From positions 1-49,895 of the forward strand of contig CAZLEV010000019.1 of assembly GCA_964558645.1 (NCBI GenBank): 49,895 nt of DNA. Direction: 5' to 3'. Each line of letters opens with the position of its first letter. The stretch's first letter is position 1. Shown piece by piece: positions 1 through 9,221 of this stretch. The stretch is from an uncultured archaeon. Lineage in GTDB: Archaea; Asgardarchaeota; Thorarchaeia; Thorarchaeales; Thorarchaeaceae. The notes beneath the pieces are model-generated. The model was not told the origin of the DNA. It saw only the letters and a program-made list of their open reading frames with translations, and ran no database searches. The translations under genes were made by a program, and so were the position numbers.

Positions 1-42
1 AACTAATTAGTATGAATATCGGCTCTCTCGTGTGAAAAGACA

Positions 43-774
43 ATGCCGATATGGAGTGAGTTGACACATCAAGATTTCATGGAGAAGAGCCAAGAAACTG
101 AAGTCGCGGTATTGGTCACGGGTGCCCTAGAGGCTCATGGGAAGCATCTACCTCTCGGGACCGACGCGTTCTTGCCGGCCTATCTTGCGAACGCCGTTGC
201 AGAACAGACGAGAGCTCTTGTTCTTCCTGAGATTCCATTTGGCGATAGCTGGGCATTCAAGGACTACAGAGGGACCATCAGCATTGACAATAACATCCTC
301 GTGATGCTCTATGCTCAGGTGATGAATGCGGTCTTCGATCATGGATTCCGGTATCTTGTAGCCATTAACGGTCACGGGGGAAACACTTCCGCCCTAGAGA
401 ACGCTGCCAAGACTGCGACTGAAGCTGGTGAGCGCACAGTGATTGTTGTGAACTGGTGGCGAGATCTAGCGAAAGAAACAAGGGCGCAGGTCCTCGAAAC
501 CCCCGAGGGGCACGCAGCAGAAGATGAGACCTCTGAGGTCATGTACATACTTCCGGAGTTGGTAGACATGAGCTCTGTAGAGTCGGCATATGTGGAGATG
601 GAGTATAGGATAGTCTCTGCATCATATCGCCAGGAGCTGTATCCTTCTGCAGTACATGGAGATCCCTCCTCCGCCACCCCAGAGAAGGGGGAGGCAATTG
701 TGAAGGCGGCTGTTCAGGATCTCGTGGACCTCATCGAGAACTTGGAGAAAGGAAGACTGCCAATCAAGAACTAG
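43..774 (+). CDS. Creatininase / creatinine amidohydrolase family protein
   Basis: Family motifs GALEAHGKHLPLGTD, INGHGGN and HAAEDETS; C-terminal GDPSSATPEKGE. Confidence 0.9.
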   Translation: MPIWSELTHQDFMEKSQETEVAVLVTGALEAHGKHLPLGTDAFLPAYLANAVAEQTRALVLPEIPFGDSWAFKDYRGTISIDNNILVMLYAQVMNAVFDHGFRYLVAINGHGGNTSALENAAKTATEAGERTVIVVNWWRDLAKETRAQVLETPEGHAAEDETSEVMYILPELVDMSSVESAYVEMEYRIVSASYRQELYPSAVHGDPSSATPEKGEAIVKAAVQDLVDLIENLEKGRLPIKN

Positions 775-1610
775 ATACCAACTTTGAATATGAGCGCATC
801 TCGGAGAACTCTCTGAAACATCCTGAGCAAGTTCTTTCCCTCAGTAGCTATCGTCGGAAATATGGGATATCCTTCGACATCAAGCAAATCAGCCATGTAG
901 TTGACAGGTAGTGCATTAGGTAAATCGCGCTTGTTCAGAGAAATCACGATGGGCATGGTTGCGAGCCGGTCAGTTCCAAGAGCAATCCTTAGCTCCTCCA
1001 TAGAGGCAAGGTTCTCATTCATGGACTCCGGCCTCGAATCCGCCATGAATATGATCCCATCGGAATCCCTGAGGACGGTGATTCTGTTCTGTGCATGCCG
1101 TCTCTGCCCCGCCACTGTGAAGACATCAAAAACAACCTTCTCACTTGCGGTAATGGGCACGAAGTCGAAGAATGTGGTTCTGCCCAGTTCGTCCGAAATC
1201 TCGATTATCTTGCCCTTGGACAGGCTACGGACATTGGCAAAGAGCCACCGCAAAGCGGTCGTTTTTCCAGAAAGAGAAGGACCATAGAACACGATTTTGA
1301 TATGGATGCGTCCCTCGTCATCTCGCTTGAGCTCTTTGCCAGGGACAATCTCAGATACTGTGTGAGGCCTGATTTTGGCAGCTTTCGCCATGGTCCTTGT
1401 TTCGTGTGCATCTATGCCCAGTTCCTCGGGACTGGCCACAAGACTCTCTGTTGGCAAGGGAGCTCTTGTTACAGTAGGTTCGGAAATAGATGGTTCTTCA
1501 CGTGAGGGTGTTTCGGTGTCGGTCGGATCGTCAGCTCGCAGGTCCTCTGATTTTGGCTCCTTCTTTTTGGAGCGCTTGAACCTTTCAATCAACCTGCGAA
1601 ATAATGACAA
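771..1610 (-). CDS. MglA-like small GTPase with ~100-aa N-terminal extension
   Basis: G1 GPSLSGKTT, MglA-type RTTFFDF, G3 TVAGQ, G4 NKRDL, G5 TIATEG. Confidence 0.88.
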   Translation of the reverse strand: MSLFRRLIERFKRSKKKEPKSEDLRADDPTDTETPSREEPSISEPTVTRAPLPTESLVASPEELGIDAHETRTMAKAAKIRPHTVSEIVPGKELKRDDEGRIHIKIVFYGPSLSGKTTALRWLFANVRSLSKGKIIEISDELGRTTFFDFVPITASEKVVFDVFTVAGQRRHAQNRITVLRDSDGIIFMADSRPESMNENLASMEELRIALGTDRLATMPIVISLNKRDLPNALPVNYMADLLDVEGYPIFPTIATEGKNLLRMFQRVLRDALIFKVGI

Positions 1611-1710
1611 ACCGCTCTCCAGTCATTTCACAGTGTATTCAGGTCTTAAATCTTAGGGGGATGTTCCAATCAGTGAGCTTTATCAGAAGAATGCCTTTCG
1701 GAAGAGCATT

Positions 1711-2835
1711 ATGGCGCGAGAGATAGACCCAGACTTCATCACAACCAACTTCCCGACGCTATCAGAGATGACTTACTTGAATAATGCCTCAACCGGGATT
1801 CCGCCCCGGCAGTGCGTCACAGCTATGCAATCGTATCTGAACGACAGGGTGCGGGCGGTTGGTGATTTCGAGAAGACACTCAGGACCTTTACAAGAATCA
1901 CAGATAACTTGGCGAACTTGTTGGGCGGCACCAAAGAGCAGTATGGCTTTGTTGGCAGCACCTCCATGGGACTGAACTCCATTGCTCATGCCATTGAGTA
2001 CCCGAAAGGTTCGAATATCGTAATCTGCGATCTTGAGTTTCCCTCCAACTATATACCCTGGCAGAACATCAGTCGGCTCTCAGGTGTTGAACTTAGAGTG
2101 GCGAAGAGCTCTCATGGCGCAGCCTCACCCAGTGGTTTCGGAGAACTCGTGGATGAGAATACCCGTATTGTTGCCGTAAGCCATGTCCAGTTTGGTTCCG
2201 GATACAAATCAGACCTAGAAGAACTAGCGCGTATAGCCCATGACGAAGATGCAATTCTTGTGGCTGATATTATCCAATCAGCAGGATGGGCAGACATCGA
2301 CCTTGAGAGATGGGACGTTGACTTTGCATCAGCTCAAGCCGCAAAATGGCTTCTTGGTCCAATAGGTGCCGGATTTGTATATGTAAGCAAACACATCATG
2401 GATAGACTGAGGCCGAGATTCATGGGGTGGTGGGGAGTCAGAGATATCGCGAACTTCACCTACTTCGAGAGAGAGCCCTTACCCGATGCAGGCATGTTTC
2501 AGATTGGATCCCCAGCAATGATTGCCTACGTAGGGTTCTTGGTATCACTAGATGTCTTGCTTGAGCTAGACGCAGAAACACGGGAAGCAGTTGCATTGCG
2601 GAACGCGAACTACCTCAGAAACAGACTTGATGAGATTGGAGTCCCGTACTATGATTTCGGAGACAGACACAATTCAGCAATAGTCTCGAGCGAACCTGAG
2701 AACGTGGAAGAGATACAAAAGAAACTGAGCAACAATGGCATCCACTGTTCCGTCAGAAATGGGAGACTGCGGGTATCACCACATTTCTACAACACGATGG
2801 ACGAGATAGATCGTCTTGTTGAGTATCTGAGGTGA
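1711..2835 (+). CDS. PLP-dependent aminotransferase class V (cysteine desulfurase/selenocysteine lyase-like)
   Basis: YLNNAST, EFPSN, DIIQSAG, AKWLLGP (PLP lysine), LRVSPHFYNT. Confidence 0.88.
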   Translation: MAREIDPDFITTNFPTLSEMTYLNNASTGIPPRQCVTAMQSYLNDRVRAVGDFEKTLRTFTRITDNLANLLGGTKEQYGFVGSTSMGLNSIAHAIEYPKGSNIVICDLEFPSNYIPWQNISRLSGVELRVAKSSHGAASPSGFGELVDENTRIVAVSHVQFGSGYKSDLEELARIAHDEDAILVADIIQSAGWADIDLERWDVDFASAQAAKWLLGPIGAGFVYVSKHIMDRLRPRFMGWWGVRDIANFTYFEREPLPDAGMFQIGSPAMIAYVGFLVSLDVLLELDAETREAVALRNANYLRNRLDEIGVPYYDFGDRHNSAIVSSEPENVEEIQKKLSNNGIHCSVRNGRLRVSPHFYNTMDEIDRLVEYLR

Positions 2836-2839
2836 AGAC

Positions 2840-3520
2840 ATGTTCGACCAGATTGCACCCAACATTCATTTCAGAACCAGTAGCAGTTTCGATAGCAATA
2901 TCGGCCTCATATCCAGCAACGAGAAGGTCGTACTGGTGGACACTGGGACAGGAATGCACTCTGATGATCTTCGACGAGATCTCAAGAAGCTAGGGGTATC
3001 ATTCGGTGATGTCACAGATATCGTACTGACCCACAGTCACATAGACCATATCGGTGGAGTTGTGGCTATTCTTGAAGAGTCGGATCCAGCAATACATCTC
3101 CACAAGAGCGAGGCAGAGATGATCAACTCAGGAAACATGGAGCTTACACTCTCTAGCCATTTCGGCGTGAAGCTACCCTCCATCAGGATTGACAAGATGC
3201 TAGAAGAGGGGGATACCGTCAGATTCGGCGAGGTGAGTCTGGAGGTGCTACACACCCCGGGTCATTCTCTCGGATGTGTCTGCCTGTTTGAGAAGAGCCT
3301 GAGCCTTATGTTTACAGGAGATACCATGTTCCCAGGGGCCAGCTTTGGCCGGGTCGATTTCCCCACCGGGAGTCCCGAGGATCTGGTGGCCTCCCTCAAG
3401 AGACTCTCCGAGATTGACTTCGAAATAGCACTCCCGGGCCATATGTATCCCATCAGTCACGACGCATCCAGATCTGCGGGTAATTCGTACAGAAGTGCAA
3501 AGATGATGTTCAGGATTTAG
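2840..3520 (+). CDS. Metallo-beta-lactamase fold hydrolase (glyoxalase II-like)
   Basis: LVDTG, THSHIDHIGG, HTPGHS, FTGD, PGH. Confidence 0.9.
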   Translation: MFDQIAPNIHFRTSSSFDSNIGLISSNEKVVLVDTGTGMHSDDLRRDLKKLGVSFGDVTDIVLTHSHIDHIGGVVAILEESDPAIHLHKSEAEMINSGNMELTLSSHFGVKLPSIRIDKMLEEGDTVRFGEVSLEVLHTPGHSLGCVCLFEKSLSLMFTGDTMFPGASFGRVDFPTGSPEDLVASLKRLSEIDFEIALPGHMYPISHDASRSAGNSYRSAKMMFRI

Positions 3521-4505
3521 TCATGGCACGAACAAGTTCCTCAGTATACAACGAGGGCTTCTCAAGACCCACTTCTTCGTCAGGCAAGTACTTCGACTCG
3601 AGTGCGCGAACGAGTGCGTACACCGACTCACTAGCGGGAGTAGGAATACCTAGTTCCTGGCCAATCCTGATGATCACACCTGTAATTGACTCGATCTCTG
3701 TGCGTTTCATTGCACGAATATCCTGAAGCATTGAGTTGATGTTGTTGCCTGTGGCCTTTGCTGTCCCAAGTGTGTATCTCACAGGGTCTTCAGTGGTGAG
3801 GTCAATGCCAAGCCGCTCCACAATAAGAGAGGCCTCCTCAACCAGCTTGACCACAAGCCCTCTCAGAGCAGGATTGCTGTGGATTTCTCCATTCGTCAGG
3901 CCAGTAAGGGCGCCCACCGGATTTATCCCACAGTTGACAATCGTCTTGGTCCAGACGACTCCATCTATGTTATCCGATTCAGCAACCTCAAATCCCGCCT
4001 CTCGAAGGGCTGCAGCAAACTCATGGACAGCATCCATATTCTCATCATAATGTGACCCTATCTCGGTGAGCCCCTGCCCTGTCACTTCCACTGCGCCGGA
4101 TGCAACAATCTCTGCGCCGAAGCAAGTAGTAGCTCTGAGCACTGCCGTCGTACCCAGTGCCTTTGCCACTTGCCGCTCCGTGCCAAGACCATTCTGCAGG
4201 ACAACCACTTTGGCACCTGCTTTCACAACATGCTCGATATCTCGAGCAGCACGGATTGTGTCGTAAGTCTTTGTAGTAATCATGACATAATCGGCCTGAA
4301 CCACATCATGAGGATTGCTGGTTGCCTCGATGTCGATGGTGTGTTCTCCTAAGACCCCTGAAATCTTGAGTCCTGAATCGTTGATGCTCAGCACATGATT
4401 GGGTCTGCCGATGAGGACTACATCATGCCCTGCAATCTTAAGAAGACCGCCGTAGAGACTTCCGATGGCTCCGGCGCCCATGATAGCGATTCGCATGTTA
4501 GTCAC
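3510..4505 (-). CDS. panE: 2-dehydropantoate (ketopantoate) 2-reductase
   Basis: GAGAIGS Rossmann motif, LQNGLG, WTKTIVNCGINP, SMLQDI, RTEIESITG; overlaps the PPS gene. Confidence 0.93.
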   Translation of the reverse strand: MTNMRIAIMGAGAIGSLYGGLLKIAGHDVVLIGRPNHVLSINDSGLKISGVLGEHTIDIEATSNPHDVVQADYVMITTKTYDTIRAARDIEHVVKAGAKVVVLQNGLGTERQVAKALGTTAVLRATTCFGAEIVASGAVEVTGQGLTEIGSHYDENMDAVHEFAAALREAGFEVAESDNIDGVVWTKTIVNCGINPVGALTGLTNGEIHSNPALRGLVVKLVEEASLIVERLGIDLTTEDPVRYTLGTAKATGNNINSMLQDIRAMKRTEIESITGVIIRIGQELGIPTPASESVYALVRALESKYLPDEEVGLEKPSLYTEELVRAMTKS

Positions 4506-5307
4506 TCACCTCTTTACTGAATTCGTGCAGGCGTACATCGGCCTGTCTTGACATCTCATTTAGGTGTTCCCCTATTATCTTGATGGATTCACGAAGGTTC
4601 TCAACATTATCGAAGTGTTCCATAATCTGCTGTAGCTCACGCTGTGGTCTGTCAGCCAGTTCTCTTGCGAAGTCAACCATGATTGGTAATGCTCGGACTA
4701 TGTTATCCACAACCGTGACGTTGGAATACAATGCAGTACGACTCATAGGATTGAGGTCAATGGTGGCTACATATTTGCCGATGCGTCGGAGTGCTTCAGT
4801 TCTGTCTCCATCTTCCAGTGGAACCAGCACATAATCGGCTTGCGCTATGCCCTCGGAGTCAACCTTTCGCCTATTACTGCTCAGCTCGGGTATGGTTTCG
4901 GATGGACGATCGTGGGTTCCAAGCACTCGCTTGGCCCCGGCTTCAGTGAGTGCCTTGAGAATGGCGTCTTCTCGCTCCTTCCTGTAGTAGAAGAGGTTGA
5001 TTTCAAGCGGTGCACCAGTGAGTTCAGAGAGAGCGACAAGCTCGTCAGGGACAAGAGAGCATGCATTTCCGTTAACGCTTATGACAGGAGTATCTGCGAG
5101 TAGCATCGCTGCCACCGCGGCTCGTGCAGCATCCCTAGCTACCTCAGTTGTTTCTTCTCCAATCATGTAGTCAAATGCCTCCCCTCTTCCGTGGGCGAGA
5201 AGACCAGCTGTTGCTACAATGTGTTTCTCATGTCCCTCGATAATCTGATGTCGCACCTCTAATGACACACGACGTGGATGATCGGGTGGTACGTGAACAT
5301 CTGTCAC
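4498..5307 (-). CDS. pps: Archaeal 4-phosphopantoate--beta-alanine ligase (phosphopantothenate synthetase)
   Basis: HPRRVSL, AHGRGEAFDY, PVISVNGN, VPLEDGDRTE, IDLNPMSRT, VDNIVRA. Confidence 0.93.
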   Translation of the reverse strand: MTDVHVPPDHPRRVSLEVRHQIIEGHEKHIVATAGLLAHGRGEAFDYMIGEETTEVARDAARAAVAAMLLADTPVISVNGNACSLVPDELVALSELTGAPLEINLFYYRKEREDAILKALTEAGAKRVLGTHDRPSETIPELSSNRRKVDSEGIAQADYVLVPLEDGDRTEALRRIGKYVATIDLNPMSRTALYSNVTVVDNIVRALPIMVDFARELADRPQRELQQIMEHFDNVENLRESIKIIGEHLNEMSRQADVRLHEFSKEVSD

Positions 5308-6218
5308 TCTCTCAAACTACCTCCTTCATCAGATATCCGAGTAATCATCACTCTGTCTTCATCGTAGTATTCAGACAGTATTCGACATGGTTCGTCTGTT
5401 TCACCAGTACATATACAGAAGACTGCGTCACCCAGCATGACCATGCTGGAATCAGAAAATCCTGAGTCTTCAAGATCTGAGAGTGCCCTGCTCACTCGGT
5501 CAGGCATCAGACCAGTACTCTGAGCGAAATTTCGAGAGCATTCGATGAAGGTCTCAAGCCTTGGGTCTGAGTTGAGCCGCTCGATGAGCCTTGCACCTGC
5601 TTGGTTGATTCTTCGTCTTGTCTCTCCATTGGTCAGTACAAAACGGGTCTCAACACCAGGAGACCCCGCTAGGACCACATGACAATCCGTCGGAGTGTCT
5701 ATTCGAATCGCATGGCCAGTGTTTGGTGCGCCAGGCTTAAGCCTAATCTCCAGACCTCCGAGGGTCTGCGCAATCACATCGCCAAGGCCAGTATGATTTA
5801 CAACTTCTGCATAGTGGGCATATCGCCCAGCCCTAAGTAAGTCATAAGAATCGTGCAAGAGAGAATCTAGAGCAATGGCTGCCCCCAGTGCACCAGCTCC
5901 CGAAGCGCCATAGCCAGTGCCTATGGGAAGATGGGATGTATAGTCAACATTGACGTCCATTCTCTCACCGTTATCTTCCAACATTTTAATCACAACCGTA
6001 TGTGTCACCGGGGCATCCAGAGGAGAGCCATTGTATACAACCGATATCGAAGACTTGTCGGCTGGCTCCACGGAGAGTCTTGTAATAGTCCCCGCTTTGA
6101 TGCAGAACCCCGACCCTGTCGAACCTCTAAGAAATGGGTCTTCATATTCATCATGTATGCGGAAGAATCCTGTTACATGACCAGGAACGAAGGCCTCTGC
6201 GGTTCTTATGGCTTTCAA
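5304..6218 (-). CDS. pok: Pantoate kinase (GHMP kinase family); start moved to TTG at 6218
   Basis: AFVPGHVTGFF, GSTGSG, PIGTGYGASGA, TGLGDVIAQ, MVMLGD. The ORF-track extension to 6287 runs through an AT-rich promoter-like region. Confidence 0.9.
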   Translation of the reverse strand: MKAIRTAEAFVPGHVTGFFRIHDEYEDPFLRGSTGSGFCIKAGTITRLSVEPADKSSISVVYNGSPLDAPVTHTVVIKMLEDNGERMDVNVDYTSHLPIGTGYGASGAGALGAAIALDSLLHDSYDLLRAGRYAHYAEVVNHTGLGDVIAQTLGGLEIRLKPGAPNTGHAIRIDTPTDCHVVLAGSPGVETRFVLTNGETRRRINQAGARLIERLNSDPRLETFIECSRNFAQSTGLMPDRVSRALSDLEDSGFSDSSMVMLGDAVFCICTGETDEPCRILSEYYDEDRVMITRISDEGGSLRE

Positions 6219-6253
6219 GGCGCTCGTTCCCTGACAGCTCGCAGTGACGTATA

Positions 6254-6298
6254 AGTATACTCTATAAAACATAGAAAGAGTATACATATTATATACTC
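6254..6298. promoter_or_regulatory. AT-rich promoter region of the pok-pps-panE operon with overlapping inverted repeats
   Basis: GTATACTCT (6255-6263) / AGAGTATAC (6277-6285) and GAGTATA (6278-6284) / TATACTC (6292-6298); minus-strand TTTATA at 6268-6263. Confidence 0.5.
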
Positions 6299-6384
6299 AT
6301 TCTTCGTAGAGGCCCAACCAGTGCTGAAAGCACCATCAAGAATTGGATGCAACCGTCATCTCGAGGAGGGTAGACAAAAGAGGA

Positions 6385-7224
6385 CTAGTCCTTGAGTGGC
6401 AGGAGACTTGTATAGCCCTTCTTATGTGGAGGCGGATTGGAGGAGCCCTCGACAGGATAAGCCCACCGAGCATCGATATCTCTTCCACTGAGGTCAAAGA
6501 CCTTGAAACTGCCAGAAGACCAAGTGAGGGGGCTGAACCCGAGCATGAGAGTCTGAGTACGCCAGCTCGAAACAACCATATGATTATTCATTCCTGCAGT
6601 TGGAACAACGAGAAATGCATTGGACAACTCCATCAGCAAAGAGGTGCTTATTCTGTAAAAGAAACTGTATGTCTTTCTGTGTTCCTCTGTACCCTGCGCC
6701 CTGAGATCGTTTAGATACCTCATGATGGTTTCGTCATGAACTGACGGATCCATAACATCAGAGAGCTCCTCGACATCAACCACCACTGCGGTTTCGAAGT
6801 AATATGCGAGTGGAAATTCTGTGATGTGGAAGATGATGAACTTGTCTTGAGATATCACATTATAGAGGTGCTGGAAAATTGCCTGTTTTGAATAGAGCAT
6901 ATTCGCATCTAGAGATGCAGGTTTGAACTTCTCGGACTCTTCTGCCACAACCAGACGAAACATGTCATCAAGCATATCCCCATCATATCCCAGTCGGACA
7001 ATGTGATAGGGACGTTCAGAACTGCTGTTGGGTGCGTTCCTACTGGCAATCAGATACTCATCAAAATCCCGCCTGAAGGTATCAAACTCATTATCATTAT
7101 CAAGAACAAAGAGCGATTGGCTGGGTGTACCAAAGGCAGAAACAACAGAGTCATAGGCTTCGAAACGTGCCTCCTTCTCAGATGTGAGATTCTTGACGCC
7201 CTTCCAAGGAGATTCTTTAGGCAA
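6385..7224 (-). CDS. Hypothetical protein (279 aa) inside the CoA biosynthesis cluster
   Basis: Long ORF with protein-like composition; GGTG SD upstream of the TTG start; no motif recognised. Confidence 0.75.
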   Translation of the reverse strand: MPKESPWKGVKNLTSEKEARFEAYDSVVSAFGTPSQSLFVLDNDNEFDTFRRDFDEYLIASRNAPNSSSERPYHIVRLGYDGDMLDDMFRLVVAEESEKFKPASLDANMLYSKQAIFQHLYNVISQDKFIIFHITEFPLAYYFETAVVVDVEELSDVMDPSVHDETIMRYLNDLRAQGTEEHRKTYSFFYRISTSLLMELSNAFLVVPTAGMNNHMVVSSWRTQTLMLGFSPLTWSSGSFKVFDLSGRDIDARWAYPVEGSSNPPPHKKGYTSLLPLKD

Positions 7225-7495
7225 GTCTCAACACCAGCATCACTGTTTCTTCCCATCTCACGAACATAGATCATGTATGGTCGGATGGGAGTCCCGTGTT
7301 CCAAACCCAGAAACGGCATTCTCCCTAGGGATGCCATTCTCGGCCGTTGTGGTCAAACATGGCCACTCATATATTCTTTGCCTAAGTCTATTTTCGAATC
7401 ATCCGTCGTCTGGAACCATTCTCGAGAGGGCTCGTTTCTTTGTACTGATACTCTTCAGCTCAGTTTATCAGTCATAGACACATCCTAACGCATGT

Positions 7496-8755
7496 GTGAG
7501 CACGATGAAACACACGTCAAAACTAATCAAGTCCAGTAGCAGTCGCACCCTTGAGAGGAAGAAGATAGCATTGTGTATTACTGGAAGTGTGGCTGCAGCC
7601 GAGTCGGTTGCACTGGCAAGAAACCTGATGCGTCATGGCGCAGAGGTCTACTGTGTTATGAGTCATAGTGCTCAGAAGATAGTGCATCCATACCTGCTGG
7701 AATGGGCAACTGGAAATGAAGTCACCACCGAGCTCACCGGCCAAATCGAGCATGTGACGCTTGCAGGAAAACACCCGGACCATGTAGACCTTGTTTTGAT
7801 TGCACCGTCAACCGCGAACACCATTGGAAAGATTGCAAACGGAATTGATGATACGCCTGTCACCACCTTGGCCTCTTCAGCTATCGGAGCAGGAATACCC
7901 CTGCTAATCGTACCGGCCATGCATGAGTCGATGTATGACCATCCGGCAGTCACCAAAAACCTAGACTATCTTAGAGAGATAGGAGTGGAGATAGTAGCTC
8001 CCCGGATTGAGGAGGCCAAGGCGAAGATACCTTCTGTTGATACCATAACGGAGGCGGTGTTCAAGACTTTGACAACCAATGATTTGGAGGGCCTCCACTT
8101 CGTTGTGACTGCGGGCCCAACACGAGGATGGATTGACAGAGTCCGCTTCATAAGCAACCCTTCCACCGGAAAGATGGGCCTCGAGATTGCCAAGGAGATA
8201 ATATCACGAGGAGGAACGGTCCGACTCATCCTCGGACCTACTCCAGTTCCGATACCTCAATGGATTGAAACAACTAGGGTGGAAACCAGTAGGGAGATGC
8301 TGGATGCAGTGTTACATAAAATCACCGAGAACGCAGTGGACTGCCTTGTTTCAGCAGCCGCAATTCTTGACTACGTTCCTGCAGAGAGAGAGGATCGTAA
8401 ACGGCCCTCGGGTAAGCCCTACTCCTTGGAACTAGTGCCGACAGAGAAAGTGATCGAGAGAGCAAGAGAAACGAAGAACGACCTGTTCATTGTGGGATTC
8501 AAGGTGGAGTCGGATGTCAGCGAAGAAGAGCTCATTAAGCGGGCAAGAGCCAAGATTGACAATGGCATTTGCAACCTAGTTATCGCTAATGATGAAAGCA
8601 AGGAAGGTGTCGCATTTGGCACAGACACGAACGAAGTGGTCATCGTTTCAAAGGATCATGTAGAGAAGGTGCCCCTCTCGACTAAGCGGGAAGTTGCACG
8701 AGAAATCCTCACCCAGGTTGTTAGCATGCTCCAGAAAAGGGAGAACCATGAGTAA
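7496..8755 (+). CDS. coaBC: Bifunctional phosphopantothenoylcysteine decarboxylase / phosphopantothenate--cysteine ligase
   Basis: ITGSVAA, IEHV, APSTANTIGKIANGIDD, PAMHESMY, TAGPT, DRVRFISNPSTGKMG, VGFK. Confidence 0.96.
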   Translation: MSTMKHTSKLIKSSSSRTLERKKIALCITGSVAAAESVALARNLMRHGAEVYCVMSHSAQKIVHPYLLEWATGNEVTTELTGQIEHVTLAGKHPDHVDLVLIAPSTANTIGKIANGIDDTPVTTLASSAIGAGIPLLIVPAMHESMYDHPAVTKNLDYLREIGVEIVAPRIEEAKAKIPSVDTITEAVFKTLTTNDLEGLHFVVTAGPTRGWIDRVRFISNPSTGKMGLEIAKEIISRGGTVRLILGPTPVPIPQWIETTRVETSREMLDAVLHKITENAVDCLVSAAAILDYVPAEREDRKRPSGKPYSLELVPTEKVIERARETKNDLFIVGFKVESDVSEEELIKRARAKIDNGICNLVIANDESKEGVAFGTDTNEVVIVSKDHVEKVPLSTKREVAREILTQVVSMLQKRENHE

Positions 8756-8761
8756 GCGTTT

Positions 8762-9124
8762 CTAGAGAATCTCAAGCAGATTCTCTGCCATACGCTTCAT
8801 GTCCACAAATATCAGACCAAGCTGAGCATCCGGCTTCGCGAGAACTAATAGGAGCGCGTCTAGGCCTACAGAGGTCATTAGGGTGTAACCGTTCTCACCT
8901 TTCACATAGATCTCCTTGAGTTCCCCACGATTGAGCTCGGTAGTTGCCTTTTCTCCCAAAGAGAGAATGGCTGCACTTATTGCCGCTACTCGCTCCTGCT
9001 CGCTCTCGGGTAAGGCGGAGGATATCATCAGGCCGTCTTGTGAAACAAGAGCTGCTCCCTCTACTCCGGGGACAGTTTCAAAATCACGGATCACCGAATT
9101 GATTTTATCAACACGACTCGACAT
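8762..9124 (-). CDS. Roadblock/LC7 (MglB-like) protein
   Basis: GVEGAALVSQDGLMISSAL...ERVAAISAAILSLGE...LGLI; 120 aa. Confidence 0.9.
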   Translation of the reverse strand: MSSRVDKINSVIRDFETVPGVEGAALVSQDGLMISSALPESEQERVAAISAAILSLGEKATTELNRGELKEIYVKGENGYTLMTSVGLDALLLVLAKPDAQLGLIFVDMKRMAENLLEIL

Positions 9125-9221
9125 ATGATGAATCTCCTAATATGCGCAAAGGAAACACTCTTTCATTAGTTATTAAGTACTATTGTTATATTTGGGTCAG
9201 GAAGTGGTTATTTTGCGCATT

